Assembly (NCBI GenBank): GCA_964561095.1 | Contig: CAZLNV010000002.1 | Span: 1 to 49,374, forward strand | Length of the DNA stretch: 49,374 nt | Source: an uncultured Muribaculaceae bacterium | GTDB taxonomy: Bacteria; Bacillota_I; Bacilli_A; RF39; UBA660 | Direction of reading: 5' to 3' | Shown here: in pieces, positions 19,349 through 28,847 of the stretch | How the letters are laid out: every line of letters begins with the position of its first letter | Position numbering within the stretch: the first letter of the stretch is position 1 | Position numbers and translations under genes: made by a program | Notes under the pieces: generated by a model | The model's input: only the letters and a program-made list of their open reading frames with translations | Told to the model about the DNA's origin: nothing | Databases searched by the model: none

Positions 19349-20761
19349 CTAATTAAATCTTTTTCCTTTTTTTTCAGCTAATTTGTAAATAACTATTCCT
19401 ACTAGTAAAATACTTAAAAGTAACATAAAATTAATTGCAACATCTCCAGTTTTTGGATTTACATCAGTTACAGAGAACGAGGCACTTGCTGATGCTCCAT
19501 CACTATAACTTACTTTTAATGTGTATGTTCCTTTGTCTAATGTTTGCAAATACTCTTTTTTTAAAGTAACTATTGTACTTCCACTTGTTATGGTATATTT
19601 ACTCTCATCAATAACAACATCATTTACTTTAACAGTCTCTAAATTTTCTACATTCCCACTAAAAGTTATTACTAAATTATCATTATTATATGTTTGTGTA
19701 TTTCCACTTACTACCTTATATATATTAAATAGTCTTATTATAGTTTGATCAGGTCTGCGAGAATCTTCAATAAGAAAATTTCCTCGTATTGAAGAAAGCA
19801 TATCGACTTGCATGTTTTCCTCATACAATAGTTTAAAATCACTATTATATAATCTGAATACTGATGTTTCTGCAGTAGGGTGGCATATTACTCCTAATAC
19901 TGCATCTTTATATATATATGGTTTTGTATAGCATCCATATGGAACAATGTCTGTTAACTTTTGTGCAACGGTACCATCAACATTATATGCAACAACCGTT
20001 TCTTCTCCATTATCCACCAAAATATATGTACCAAATGCTTCACTAGATATTATATGATAATCCGCACTTGCTGTTATGATAGGTTCAAAAATATTTCTAC
20101 TTAATTGAGCAACATTAGTGACTTCTTCTTTATTGTCAGTAATCTCAACTCCATATTTTTATATATCATCAATAGTTGGATTTTCCACCTTTACTGCAGG
20201 AATACCAAAAATATTATAATAAGTCTCATTTGGATCAATGATAACATTTTTTACATTTGTTAAGCATTTTTCTTCATAATATATAGATAATTCACTTTCA
20301 ATCGGGCTACTTACAGCAGTATATTCGTTGCCCACTATTTTATAATAATCCTTATTTTCAGCAATAGCTTCATCTTCTGTAATTACATAATTGTAATAAC
20401 AATTTTTTTTGATTTTTACAATCATGTAATCATCATTTAAAAGAATACTAGAAAAATTATAATATTCGCTATAAAAATCAAGTACTTCTTGAGAAGTCAT
20501 TTTTTTACAGCTTTCACTATAAGGGTTAATAGCATAGCGCTCATCAGTAATACTATCTTTAAAAATCAGATTGCCGTTTTCAGCTATAGTATAAAAATAT
20601 GAATTCTCAGCTGAAGGACAAATTGCATGTCCATAAGTTCTAACATTCTCAATCTCTGTCAACGAATACTCAGTATTGCCATCTTTAAAAGTTACGGCTT
20701 TAACACTTGGCATTATCAATAAAGTAAGTGCTACGCCTACAATTAGTAATATTTTTTTCAT
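19349..20761 (-). pseudogene. sortase-anchored surface protein interrupted by one in-frame TAA (20159-20161)
   Basis: The 5' ORF (20159-20761) has signal peptide MKKILLIVGVALTLLIMPSVKA. The same frame stays open for 46 codons after the TAA and joins the 3' ORF. That ORF ends in NPKTGD, a hydrophobic stretch and KKGKR (cell-wall sorting signal). The 3' part has no start codon with an RBS and no signal peptide of its own. Confidence 0.75.
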
Positions 20762-20932
20762 TTATACTTCTCCATATTATAAATAGTATCATTAAGCCCT
20801 TTCTATGTCAATCTCAATATTAATAACTACAAGCTTTTAAATCTTTAATAAAATATTATAAATTTCTTTAAATAACTTCTATTTTTTTATTTAAATTTGT
20901 GCTAATATTTTTATGATAGGAAAATATAAGTT

Positions 20933-22408
20933 ATGGAATTAGGTTTTAATAATACTAAATATGTTAAAATTCAAAGTGCAAAAATCAAAGAAAGAATCTC
21001 TATGTTTGACAAATTATATTTAGAAATTGGTGGAAAACTATTTGATGATACACACGCTACTAGAGTTTTACCTGGATTTAAATCTGATTCTAAAATAAAA
21101 ATGTTTTTAGAACTCAAAAATGATTTAGAAATAATCTTTTGTATTAATGCAAAAGATATTGAAAAAAACAAAACAAGAAATGAATATGGAATTACTTATG
21201 ATATTGAAATTATAAGACTTATAAATAAAGCTTTATCTTTAGGATTTTCAATTAATTCTGTTGTTATAACTTTATATCAAAAGCAAATATCTGTCGATAA
21301 ATTTATAAAAAAATTAAATAGGCAGGGAATTAAAACATACATTCATACTTTTACTAAAGGTTATCCTAATGATGTTGAAACTATTGTAAGTAAAGAGGGA
21401 TACGGAGCTAATGAATATATTAAAACTACTAAGCCTCTAGTACTTGTAAATGCCCCAGGTCCTGGCAGTGGAAAACTTGCTACATGTTTATCTCAATTGT
21501 ATCACGAACACACAAGAGGAATTAATGCTGGATATGCAAAGTTTGAAACTTTTCCAGTGTGGAATTTAGATTTAAAGCATCCTGTTAATATGGCATATGA
21601 AGCAGCAACTGCTGATTTAAAAGATGTTAATATGATTGATTCTTTTCATTTAAAAGCTTACAACGAAATAGCTGTTAATTATAACAGAGATTTGGAACTA
21701 TTTCCCGTATTACAAAAAATTTTATTAAAAATCACTAATAACAATATTTATAATTCTCCCACTGATATGGGAGTTAACATGATAGGATTTTGTATAAACA
21801 ATAATAAAGTTATAGAAGAATCTGCTAAAAAAGAAATAGTAAGAAGATATTATAATGAACAAGTGAATTATAAAAAAGGAATTGTAGATGAAGATGTTCC
21901 TAGAAGAATAGAAATGCTAATGAATGAGTTAAATATTGACAAATATTATTTGAAAGTTGTAAAACCTGCTCTTAAAAAAGCTAAAAAAGAAAATCTTCCT
22001 GTAATAGCGATGGAACTTCCTAATGGAAAAATAATCACGGGTAAACAAACTAAATTATTATCACCTGCAAGTAGCTTAATAATAAATTCATTAAAAGAAT
22101 TAACAAATATTCCAGATAAAATACAATTGTTATCACCTTCAATTTTAAAGCCAATTACTAAATTAAAAAATATTTCTGATAATAAAGAAAATAAATTGCA
22201 ACTTCAAGAAGCATTAATTGCGCTTAGTATTTCTTCAGTAACAAATCCAGTTATTAAAGAAGCCTTAAGTAATTTAGATAAATTAAACAATTTAAACGCA
22301 CATGCTTCTTATATAATTGAAAATGGTGATTTTAAAGCATTAAAATCTTTAAATATAAATTTTACTTGTGAACCAGAATTTTATTTAGATAAAATTTATT
22401 ATAATTAA
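20933..22408 (+). CDS. DUF1846/UPF0371 family protein
   Basis: 491 aa. The N-terminus (FNNTKYVKIQSAKIKERI...LYLEIGGKLFDDTHATRVLPGF) resembles the UPF0371 family of Firmicutes. Confidence 0.85.
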   Translation: MELGFNNTKYVKIQSAKIKERISMFDKLYLEIGGKLFDDTHATRVLPGFKSDSKIKMFLELKNDLEIIFCINAKDIEKNKTRNEYGITYDIEIIRLINKALSLGFSINSVVITLYQKQISVDKFIKKLNRQGIKTYIHTFTKGYPNDVETIVSKEGYGANEYIKTTKPLVLVNAPGPGSGKLATCLSQLYHEHTRGINAGYAKFETFPVWNLDLKHPVNMAYEAATADLKDVNMIDSFHLKAYNEIAVNYNRDLELFPVLQKILLKITNNNIYNSPTDMGVNMIGFCINNNKVIEESAKKEIVRRYYNEQVNYKKGIVDEDVPRRIEMLMNELNIDKYYLKVVKPALKKAKKENLPVIAMELPNGKIITGKQTKLLSPASSLIINSLKELTNIPDKIQLLSPSILKPITKLKNISDNKENKLQLQEALIALSISSVTNPVIKEALSNLDKLNNLNAHASYIIENGDFKALKSLNINFTCEPEFYLDKIYYN

Positions 22409-22426
22409 AAACATATATTTGCTATT

Positions 22427-23314
22427 CTAGTATATATTCTTTAGTAAACACTCTAGAATCGGAGCAGTATTCATTACAAATTTATTATCTTTTTTACATA
22501 TTATTATCCCTATAGTTTTATTCATACTAATTGTTTTAACATTCTTATCAATATAATTCATATATATTTCTATTTGACCTATATATTCTTTTTTTAACTC
22601 TGTTATCTTTAATTCAATAATAACATAACAATTATAAATTATATTATATAAAAGTATATCTATATAATTAAATCTATTTCCTACTTTAATTTTGTATTCA
22701 TTGCCAACATAACTAAAACCACTACCTAGTTCTTTTAAAAAATCATCTACTTGTTCTAGTATTAGTTGCTTTAATACTTTTTCACTTACTTCAATATTTC
22801 TATGCTTACTTTTAATTATTATTGGATTCTTTATAAAATCTTCAACTTTATTTTCTTCCCTTGCTATTAGTTTTTTTTTAGTTTTATCATCAAGTCTTTC
22901 ATATTCATTACTTTTTATTTTGCTTCTTAATTCTCTTACAGATAGGTTTTGTTCTTCACATATTCTAATATAATAATTAATTTTGCTTGTGTCTTCAATT
23001 GTCAGAAGTTCTACATAGTGACTTCAACACAAATTTCCAGACATTGTTTGGAAATTTCCAATTATAGATATAAAATGGTAAAAATTTAACATATTATATA
23101 AATTGCTTTTTGTATATGTCTTTTTTAATTCTTTTGTTAACTTTTGTGAATATTGTTTTATTATATTTTTACCATAGTGTTTTCCTGCTTCAAATAACAA
23201 TTTACCCACATTATAGTAAGTCCTTAAATCACTCTTATTCTTTGAATAATCTTTTACTCTTTTATATACTTCATTATTAATTAATTCTTGTTTTATTTCA
23301 TTATAATAATTCAT
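22427..23314 (-). pseudogene. DUF1016/YhcG-type PD-(D/E)XK nuclease gene with one in-frame TGA (23024-23026)
   Basis: The track ORF 23024-23314 is the N-terminal YhcG-like domain. Own translation downstream of the TGA stays open for 198 codons to TAG 22427. It contains IDILLYN...VIIELKITELKKEYIGQIEIYMNY (nuclease core). The TGA sits where the family motif LSWSHY has Trp (here LC*SHY). Confidence 0.78.
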
Positions 23315-23475
23315 ATAGTTATTTCCTTTTTCATGAATATTAACATATCAAAAAAAGAGATGCAAATAAGTAAAGTTAAACTTTATGCATCTTTTCATTT
23401 AATAAAATTAATTTATATTGTATAGAAACAAAATTATACTTTGATACTAATAAGAGTTATTTAGATTTAATTTAT
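22431..23475. repeat. repeat copy A: 22431-22494 and 23339-23475 recur at 33275-33480
   Basis: By-eye alignment at roughly 85-90% identity. The repeated parts are the 3' end of the DUF1016 gene and about 137 nt of its upstream region, including a terminator-like hairpin. Confidence 0.8.
23351..23398 (-). terminator. terminator-like imperfect hairpin downstream of tmk
   Basis: An A-run, GAGATGCA...TAAAGTT/AACTTTA...TGCATCTT, then a T-run. The homologous hairpin lies near 33358-33400 in copy B. Confidence 0.6.
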
Positions 23476-23522
23476 ATTAAGTGGTGCGGTTGAGATTACA
23501 ATTAAAAAAAATGTTACAATTT

Positions 23523-24197
23523 TTATAACACTTTTTTTCTTACTAACTTTTTAATGTCTTCGTGAATGTCTTCAACACTTCTCATTTCATTGTCTAAAGA
23601 ACACTCAATTTTATCCCACTCCAAATAATCTGAAACAAACATTCCGCTATCATATATCCTTTTTTGAAGTTCTAAATCTCTTTCAAATACATCTTGTTCT
23701 ATCCCTTCATTACATTTTCTTGCACTTCTAAATTTGGTTACGAGCTCAAAAGGGGCATATAAGAATATAGTTAAATCCGGAAGTTTTACACCCATTTTAT
23801 TATATTCAAAGTCTATTACATAATCAATAAAGTTCGTTTTATCATTGATATTGTCAAACAATGCTGACTGATATATAAGGCTGGAAGTAGTATATCTATC
23901 TAAAGTTATAATTTTACCATCTTCATAAGCAAGTTTTAATTTGTTATTCCATGTAATTGCTCTGTCAACTGCATATAGACTATTAATCATATACGGAGAT
24001 AATATATTTGGTTTTCCTAAATTCCCTTTTAAAAATTCTTCAACAGGTGCTGCAGAAGGAGTACCATATGAAGGAAAATGATGGAACTCGATATTGTAGC
24101 CTTCATTAACAATCCAATCTTTTAACAATGCATATTGAGTACTTTTACCTATTCCGTCGCATGCGCCCTCAACAACAATTAATTTCCCTTTACTCAT
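23523..24197 (-). CDS. tmk: thymidylate (dTMP) kinase-like protein
   Basis: P-loop VVEGACDGIGKSTQ and DRYTTSSLIYQ (DRY...YQ) motif. The FP... segment after the P-loop resembles type I (eukaryote/archaeal-like) TMPKs. Confidence 0.85.
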   Translation of the reverse strand: MSKGKLIVVEGACDGIGKSTQYALLKDWIVNEGYNIEFHHFPSYGTPSAAPVEEFLKGNLGKPNILSPYMINSLYAVDRAITWNNKLKLAYEDGKIITLDRYTTSSLIYQSALFDNINDKTNFIDYVIDFEYNKMGVKLPDLTIFLYAPFELVTKFRSARKCNEGIEQDVFERDLELQKRIYDSGMFVSDYLEWDKIECSLDNEMRSVEDIHEDIKKLVRKKVL

Positions 24198-24199
24198 AA

Positions 24200-25405
24200 C
24201 TATATTTCCCTAGATAGGGTTTTCCCCTCTTTAAAATGACAATCCGATGTGCAATTAAAGTCCGGAAATGTACATCTAGCTCCGTGTGAATAACGTTGAA
24301 TATCCTTTGCAAGATGGTTGCCCGATTTTTCTAATGCTTTCTTGTATTTTAGTAATGTTTGCTTAGTCTGTAGCATTATTTCTAGTTGAGCAGAAGAGCA
24401 CAATCTTTCTTTACACTTTAATATAAAATCACCATATTTACCGGTTTCATTTATTCTAATAAGTTCCCCTTGTGGAATAATTTCTTTTACAATTTGCATA
24501 TCTTGAAGCCATTCGTTTACCAGCATTTGATTACCTTCAATTATTGGTGGAATAAAATATTCTTTTTCGGGCAATAGTTCCATTTGATAGTCTAAAGTCC
24601 TATGCCTATGAGCTTGAGCTAATTCAGCAAACGAGGCTTTATATGTTGTAGAATAGACATCACCAAAATACTCTTCTTTATCTTTTAAGTTTGTCCCAAA
24701 AAGCGACAAATTTCTTTCTTTCTCGTTTTTCATTAAGCCAGGAACAAGGACTCCAACTCTATCAAGTTCATCTAAAAATTCTTCCATTGATACTGCCAAT
24801 TTTGAATAAAAATTATCCCGCATAAGCCCATAAATATTGATGTATTCATTCATCCAAGATGCCAAATAATTAATTTGTCTTAATGATGTGGTATAAATCA
24901 TTTGAGTTGGCATAAATACCGTAACTAAATATCTAGCATTTTCTTGCGATAACTTTTGTATTTTAGCATCACTGTAAATATTTCCATATTTATTTTTGAT
25001 TTCAATTTTAAATAAATCAATCCATTTATTGTATAACTTTTCTTCATCTGCTGTAATAACTGATCCTTCTTTTCTAACAACTGGTGTGTATCTTGCAGAT
25101 TTTTCACTAGTAGTATATTGATGTTCATTGTTAATAACTATAGCTAAAATTTTAGGAATATCCTGCAAGTTAAAAATAATGCTTATGTGATCATATACAC
25201 TATGATGACCATTATTTAATGTCATATCAATTCTACGATTAGTTTTTTCTATCGGTTCATTTTCTAAATGTTTAAAGCCTTCTTTATCATAACAAATACC
25301 TGCAATTTTCCCACATAAATTTAATGCTTTTTTTTGATCAAATGTATTATCTGATTTCATAAATTGATTTGGCAAAATATCAATTTTTATTTTATTATTT
25401 TCCAT
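24200..25405 (-). CDS. thyX: long ThyX-like (flavin-dependent thymidylate synthase family) protein
   Basis: 401 aa with GHHSVYDH, SEKSARY (S-x-R-Y) and AHRHRTLDY (RHR) motifs. That is about twice the usual ThyX length, with a Cys-rich C-terminus. Confidence 0.7.
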   Translation of the reverse strand: MENNKIKIDILPNQFMKSDNTFDQKKALNLCGKIAGICYDKEGFKHLENEPIEKTNRRIDMTLNNGHHSVYDHISIIFNLQDIPKILAIVINNEHQYTTSEKSARYTPVVRKEGSVITADEEKLYNKWIDLFKIEIKNKYGNIYSDAKIQKLSQENARYLVTVFMPTQMIYTTSLRQINYLASWMNEYINIYGLMRDNFYSKLAVSMEEFLDELDRVGVLVPGLMKNEKERNLSLFGTNLKDKEEYFGDVYSTTYKASFAELAQAHRHRTLDYQMELLPEKEYFIPPIIEGNQMLVNEWLQDMQIVKEIIPQGELIRINETGKYGDFILKCKERLCSSAQLEIMLQTKQTLLKYKKALEKSGNHLAKDIQRYSHGARCTFPDFNCTSDCHFKEGKTLSREI

Positions 25406-25481
25406 ACAAAAACTCCTTCTAAAAATATAATTAAATTCCCAAAATGATTCTCTTTTCTATATTTATTATAATTTAAAAAAG

Positions 25482-26063
25482 TTATTTTAACAATAACTTT
25501 TTCTCAACTTCACGCCAATTGTTTACTCTTTCTGTTTTAAATTCATTTAAGTATTCATCAGTTAAATCTTTATTATGGTAGGCACTAAATAGTAAATTTC
25601 TTTCTGGCAAATAACAAGCAGAAAGTAAATTGTTTAATTTATCATCTATTCTAATATCAGCGGCAATCATTTTTTTGTTACCGCAAAAAATATAATTATA
25701 AGGAATAATAAATGGGAAATTTTTAATTAAAAACTCATGCTTATTAGCAGCATTAATTCCACATTTTTCTTTGATCTCCGGAATCAAATAATCAGTACCA
25801 ATAAATACTTCATACTCTTTTGATAATTGTTCAATTACCCTAACAGCGTCTTCATATATATAACAATAATCATATATATTATGGGATAACAAATAATTAT
25901 CAAAAAATTCTTTTCTTAATTCTTCAGGTATCACTTCTTGCATGTAGAAACCTTTAAAATATTCTTTAGGATAATTAGTACCTAAAAATTCATTAATTAG
26001 ATATAAAAGACCACCTTCACATATTACTTCATCCATATCAATCATTATAGTTTTTTTGCTCAT
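25482..26063 (-). CDS. HAD-superfamily 5'(3')-deoxyribonucleotidase-like protein (NT5C-like)
   Basis: 193 aa with N-terminal IMIDMDEV (DxDxV HAD motif I). Confidence 0.7.
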   Translation of the reverse strand: MSKKTIMIDMDEVICEGGLLYLINEFLGTNYPKEYFKGFYMQEVIPEELRKEFFDNYLLSHNIYDYCYIYEDAVRVIEQLSKEYEVFIGTDYLIPEIKEKCGINAANKHEFLIKNFPFIIPYNYIFCGNKKMIAADIRIDDKLNNLLSACYLPERNLLFSAYHNKDLTDEYLNEFKTERVNNWREVEKKLLLK

Positions 26064-26134
26064 ATGCCTCCATATGAATTTTATTATAAAGGATAAGCAT
26101 TATTTTAACAACACTATGTAATTAAAAATTACTA

Positions 26135-26596
26135 TTATTTCAAAGTTTTATCGGTTTTTTGAGCCTTTCTTGCAATTGATGCTGGATTTCGTTTTATAAA
26201 TGTTAACCTATATATTAATAAAGAATAAATTATTATTAATATATATGGTAAGTTGTTTTGAAAAAATGGTTCTTGAAATATCCCTTTAAAAAAGTTGGAA
26301 CTGTAACTATAAAGCGGTGCAAATAATATAACTCCTCTTAAAGCAATTATAATAATCATTAAATAAACGGACAAAAGAAGTATATAATAATTTCTATTCT
26401 TAAATTCTTTTTTCTTTATCTCAATTATCTGAAAAACGCCTAAAATAAATGTAGGAATTGATAATAATAGATAAAACGGAATAGATAAATCATCATTTTT
26501 GAAAAGAATAAATATAGAAAAAATTATACATGCAAACAAGGTAATCGAAGATAAAATAAATAATAAAGTATATTTTTTATTCTCCAACATTATCAT
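26135..26596 (-). CDS. small polytopic membrane protein
   Basis: 153 aa, 4 hydrophobic segments. It overlaps the upstream gene by 20 nt. ATG 26590 is an equally good or better start. Confidence 0.75.
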   Translation of the reverse strand: MIMLENKKYTLLFILSSITLFACIIFSIFILFKNDDLSIPFYLLLSIPTFILGVFQIIEIKKKEFKNRNYYILLLSVYLMIIIIALRGVILFAPLYSYSSNFFKGIFQEPFFQNNLPYILIIIYSLLIYRLTFIKRNPASIARKAQKTDKTLK

Positions 26597-27233
26597 TCAC
26601 CTCTTTTTCTGTTAAAGTATCCACATTAACAAATTTATCTACTGCACAATCAATTAAGTATAAATAGTTTTCAATTTTATTGCTAAAAACAGTATCGCTC
26701 ATGTAGTAATAGTCAAAATTAATAAATTTTAAATAATTGCTTCGATATTCATAAAGATGTGATATATCCCAATCTGACTTTGGTGTCATATAAATTGTAC
26801 TAGCAGCTAATATTGTAAACATTTCTTTTTCTTCTTCTGAAGATTTACTTTTTTTATAGATCTCAAAAGTTTTAAGTAAAGGTAAGTAATCATAAATTTT
26901 ATCTTCATAATTATAATATTCAAGGTAATTCATTTTTTTATTCTCATCATATAATAATTTTTGTTTCTTAAAAAAGTCTACCGTATCTTGATATGAAGTT
27001 ATCGCCTCTATTTCAGACTCAGTATATATATTTAAATATTTAGGATCTTTAAGTTTATTTATATTACTTTGAATACTGTCCAAACTTTTAATCATTCTAT
27101 CATTTATATTTAACATACTAAAATATTTAATTTTCATGTCAATCATATGATTAACGTTAGAAATAATTAAAAATGACAAAACCATTATTATAATCACTGC
27201 TGTTATATTCCTAATCCATTTCAAAATTTTCAT
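26577..27233 (-). CDS. membrane-anchored protein of unknown function
   Basis: 218 aa, a single N-terminal TM segment followed by a Tyr/Lys/Asp-rich soluble domain. Confidence 0.75.
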   Translation of the reverse strand: MKILKWIRNITAVIIIMVLSFLIISNVNHMIDMKIKYFSMLNINDRMIKSLDSIQSNINKLKDPKYLNIYTESEIEAITSYQDTVDFFKKQKLLYDENKKMNYLEYYNYEDKIYDYLPLLKTFEIYKKSKSSEEEKEMFTILAASTIYMTPKSDWDISHLYEYRSNYLKFINFDYYYMSDTVFSNKIENYLYLIDCAVDKFVNVDTLTEKEVNDNVGE

Positions 27234-27263
27234 TTAACACCTCTTCTACTATGGATAGTATAA

Positions 27264-27290
27264 TAAAAAAAAGTTATTATTGCAATAACT
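27264..27290 (-). terminator. rho-independent terminator after gpmI
   Basis: AGTTATT-ATTGC-AATAACT, followed by a U-run on the minus-strand transcript. Confidence 0.7.
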
Positions 27291-28793
27291 TTATTCTTTA
27301 ATAATTAATGAATGACCTGTCATTTCATCTGGTTTTTTTATTTCATACATATCTATAATTGTTGGTACTATATCTTTTAAAGTACCTTCATTTTCTATTC
27401 TATATTTATTATTACATATAATGAATGGCACTTTATTTGTTGTATGACTCGTTACTGGGTTATCAAATTTATCTATCATATATTCGGCATTACCATGATC
27501 GGCTGTTATAACTAGTTCATAAAATTCCTCTTTTGCTTTTTCTTCGATTTTACCTACACAAAAATCGCACATCTCAATTGCGTCAATCGCAGCTTTTACA
27601 TTTCCAGTATGACCTACCATATCAGGATTTGCAAAGTTAACAAGTATAAAATCTTGATCTTCATCCATTGCCTTTAATACTTCACCTGTAACTTCACCAA
27701 CACTCATTTCTGGTTTCATATCATATGTCGGTACTTTAGGAGAAGGCACTAGTACTTTAGAATAGTTCTTGTCCTTTATTTCTTTACCACCATCAAAGAA
27801 ATATGTAACATGATTATATTTTTCTGTCTCAGCAATTCTTATTTGCTTATACTCTAAACTTGCTAAGTATTCCCCAAAAGTATTAGCAATTTCTTCGTTT
27901 TCATACGCATAATCAACATTCTTATGTATTTTAAAAATAGATGCAAATTTAACATTTTTAAATTTTGCTGTATTAAATATGTTAAAATTAGGATCTGTAA
28001 ATGCATCTATCAATTGCTTCATTCTTTCAGGTCTAAAGTTAATAAATATAACTCCATCATTTTCGCTTACTTTACTTCCACCATTTATAACACTTGCATT
28101 TATAAATTCATCTGTTATATTACTTCTATAATGTGCTTCCAAACAATTTGACGCGTTCTTAAATTGATTCCCAACGCTATAAACAAAAGCATTGTATGCT
28201 TTTGCTATTCTCTCCCATCTGTTGTCTCTATCCATTGCGTAATATCTTCCAACTATAGATGATACTTTTCCTAAATTAAGAGTAGCAGCTTTTTCCATAA
28301 AATTTTCAATAAATGCTTTAGCACTTTTGGGAGGAGTATCTCTTCCATCAGTTATAAAATGAAAACATACATTTTTTACTTTTTTTAATTTAGCTAAAGC
28401 TAAAGTAGCATAAAAATGGTTAGTGCTAGAATGTACACCGCCATTTGATAAGAGTCCTATTAAATGTAATGTAGAATTGTTTTTGTTAACATGGTCCATT
28501 ACGTTTAGCAAAACATCATTATCAAAAAATTCTTTACTTTTAATTTTATCATTTATTAAAGAAAGAGATTGCTTTGTAGTTCTCCCACTGCCAATAGTAA
28601 TATGCCCTACTTCACTATTTCCCATTTGTCCTTTAGGTAGTCCGACATCTTCTCCACTAGCGGATAATTCGGCACACGGATAAATAGACATTAATTTGTC
28701 CAATACCGGTGTATTTGCAAGTTTTACTGCATTGCCTTTATATTCGTTATATATACCAAAACCATCTAATATCAACAATATGATTTTTTTCAT
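27291..28793 (-). CDS. gpmI: 2,3-bisphosphoglycerate-independent phosphoglycerate mutase
   Basis: 500 aa with LLILDGFG, MGNSEVGH and ADHGNAE motifs. Confidence 0.95.
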   Translation of the reverse strand: MKKIILLILDGFGIYNEYKGNAVKLANTPVLDKLMSIYPCAELSASGEDVGLPKGQMGNSEVGHITIGSGRTTKQSLSLINDKIKSKEFFDNDVLLNVMDHVNKNNSTLHLIGLLSNGGVHSSTNHFYATLALAKLKKVKNVCFHFITDGRDTPPKSAKAFIENFMEKAATLNLGKVSSIVGRYYAMDRDNRWERIAKAYNAFVYSVGNQFKNASNCLEAHYRSNITDEFINASVINGGSKVSENDGVIFINFRPERMKQLIDAFTDPNFNIFNTAKFKNVKFASIFKIHKNVDYAYENEEIANTFGEYLASLEYKQIRIAETEKYNHVTYFFDGGKEIKDKNYSKVLVPSPKVPTYDMKPEMSVGEVTGEVLKAMDEDQDFILVNFANPDMVGHTGNVKAAIDAIEMCDFCVGKIEEKAKEEFYELVITADHGNAEYMIDKFDNPVTSHTTNKVPFIICNNKYRIENEGTLKDIVPTIIDMYEIKKPDEMTGHSLIIKE

Positions 28794-28847
28794 AAATTCA
28801 CCTTTACTAATTCTAACATAAAGCTTAATTATTTACAAACTATTATA

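Noticed and set aside
23024-23026. Possibility that the organism reads TGA as Trp (genetic code 4), suggested by TGA at the Trp position of the DUF1016 motif.
   Set aside because: map ends in TGA at 678-680 at the expected protein length. An intact RF2 gene (SPF motif) is present at 44340-45413. No other gene in the window needs TGA read-through.
24925-25128. 67-aa minus-strand ORF inside the ThyX-like gene.
   Set aside because: It is an alternative frame of a longer, motif-bearing ORF, with no independent start signal.
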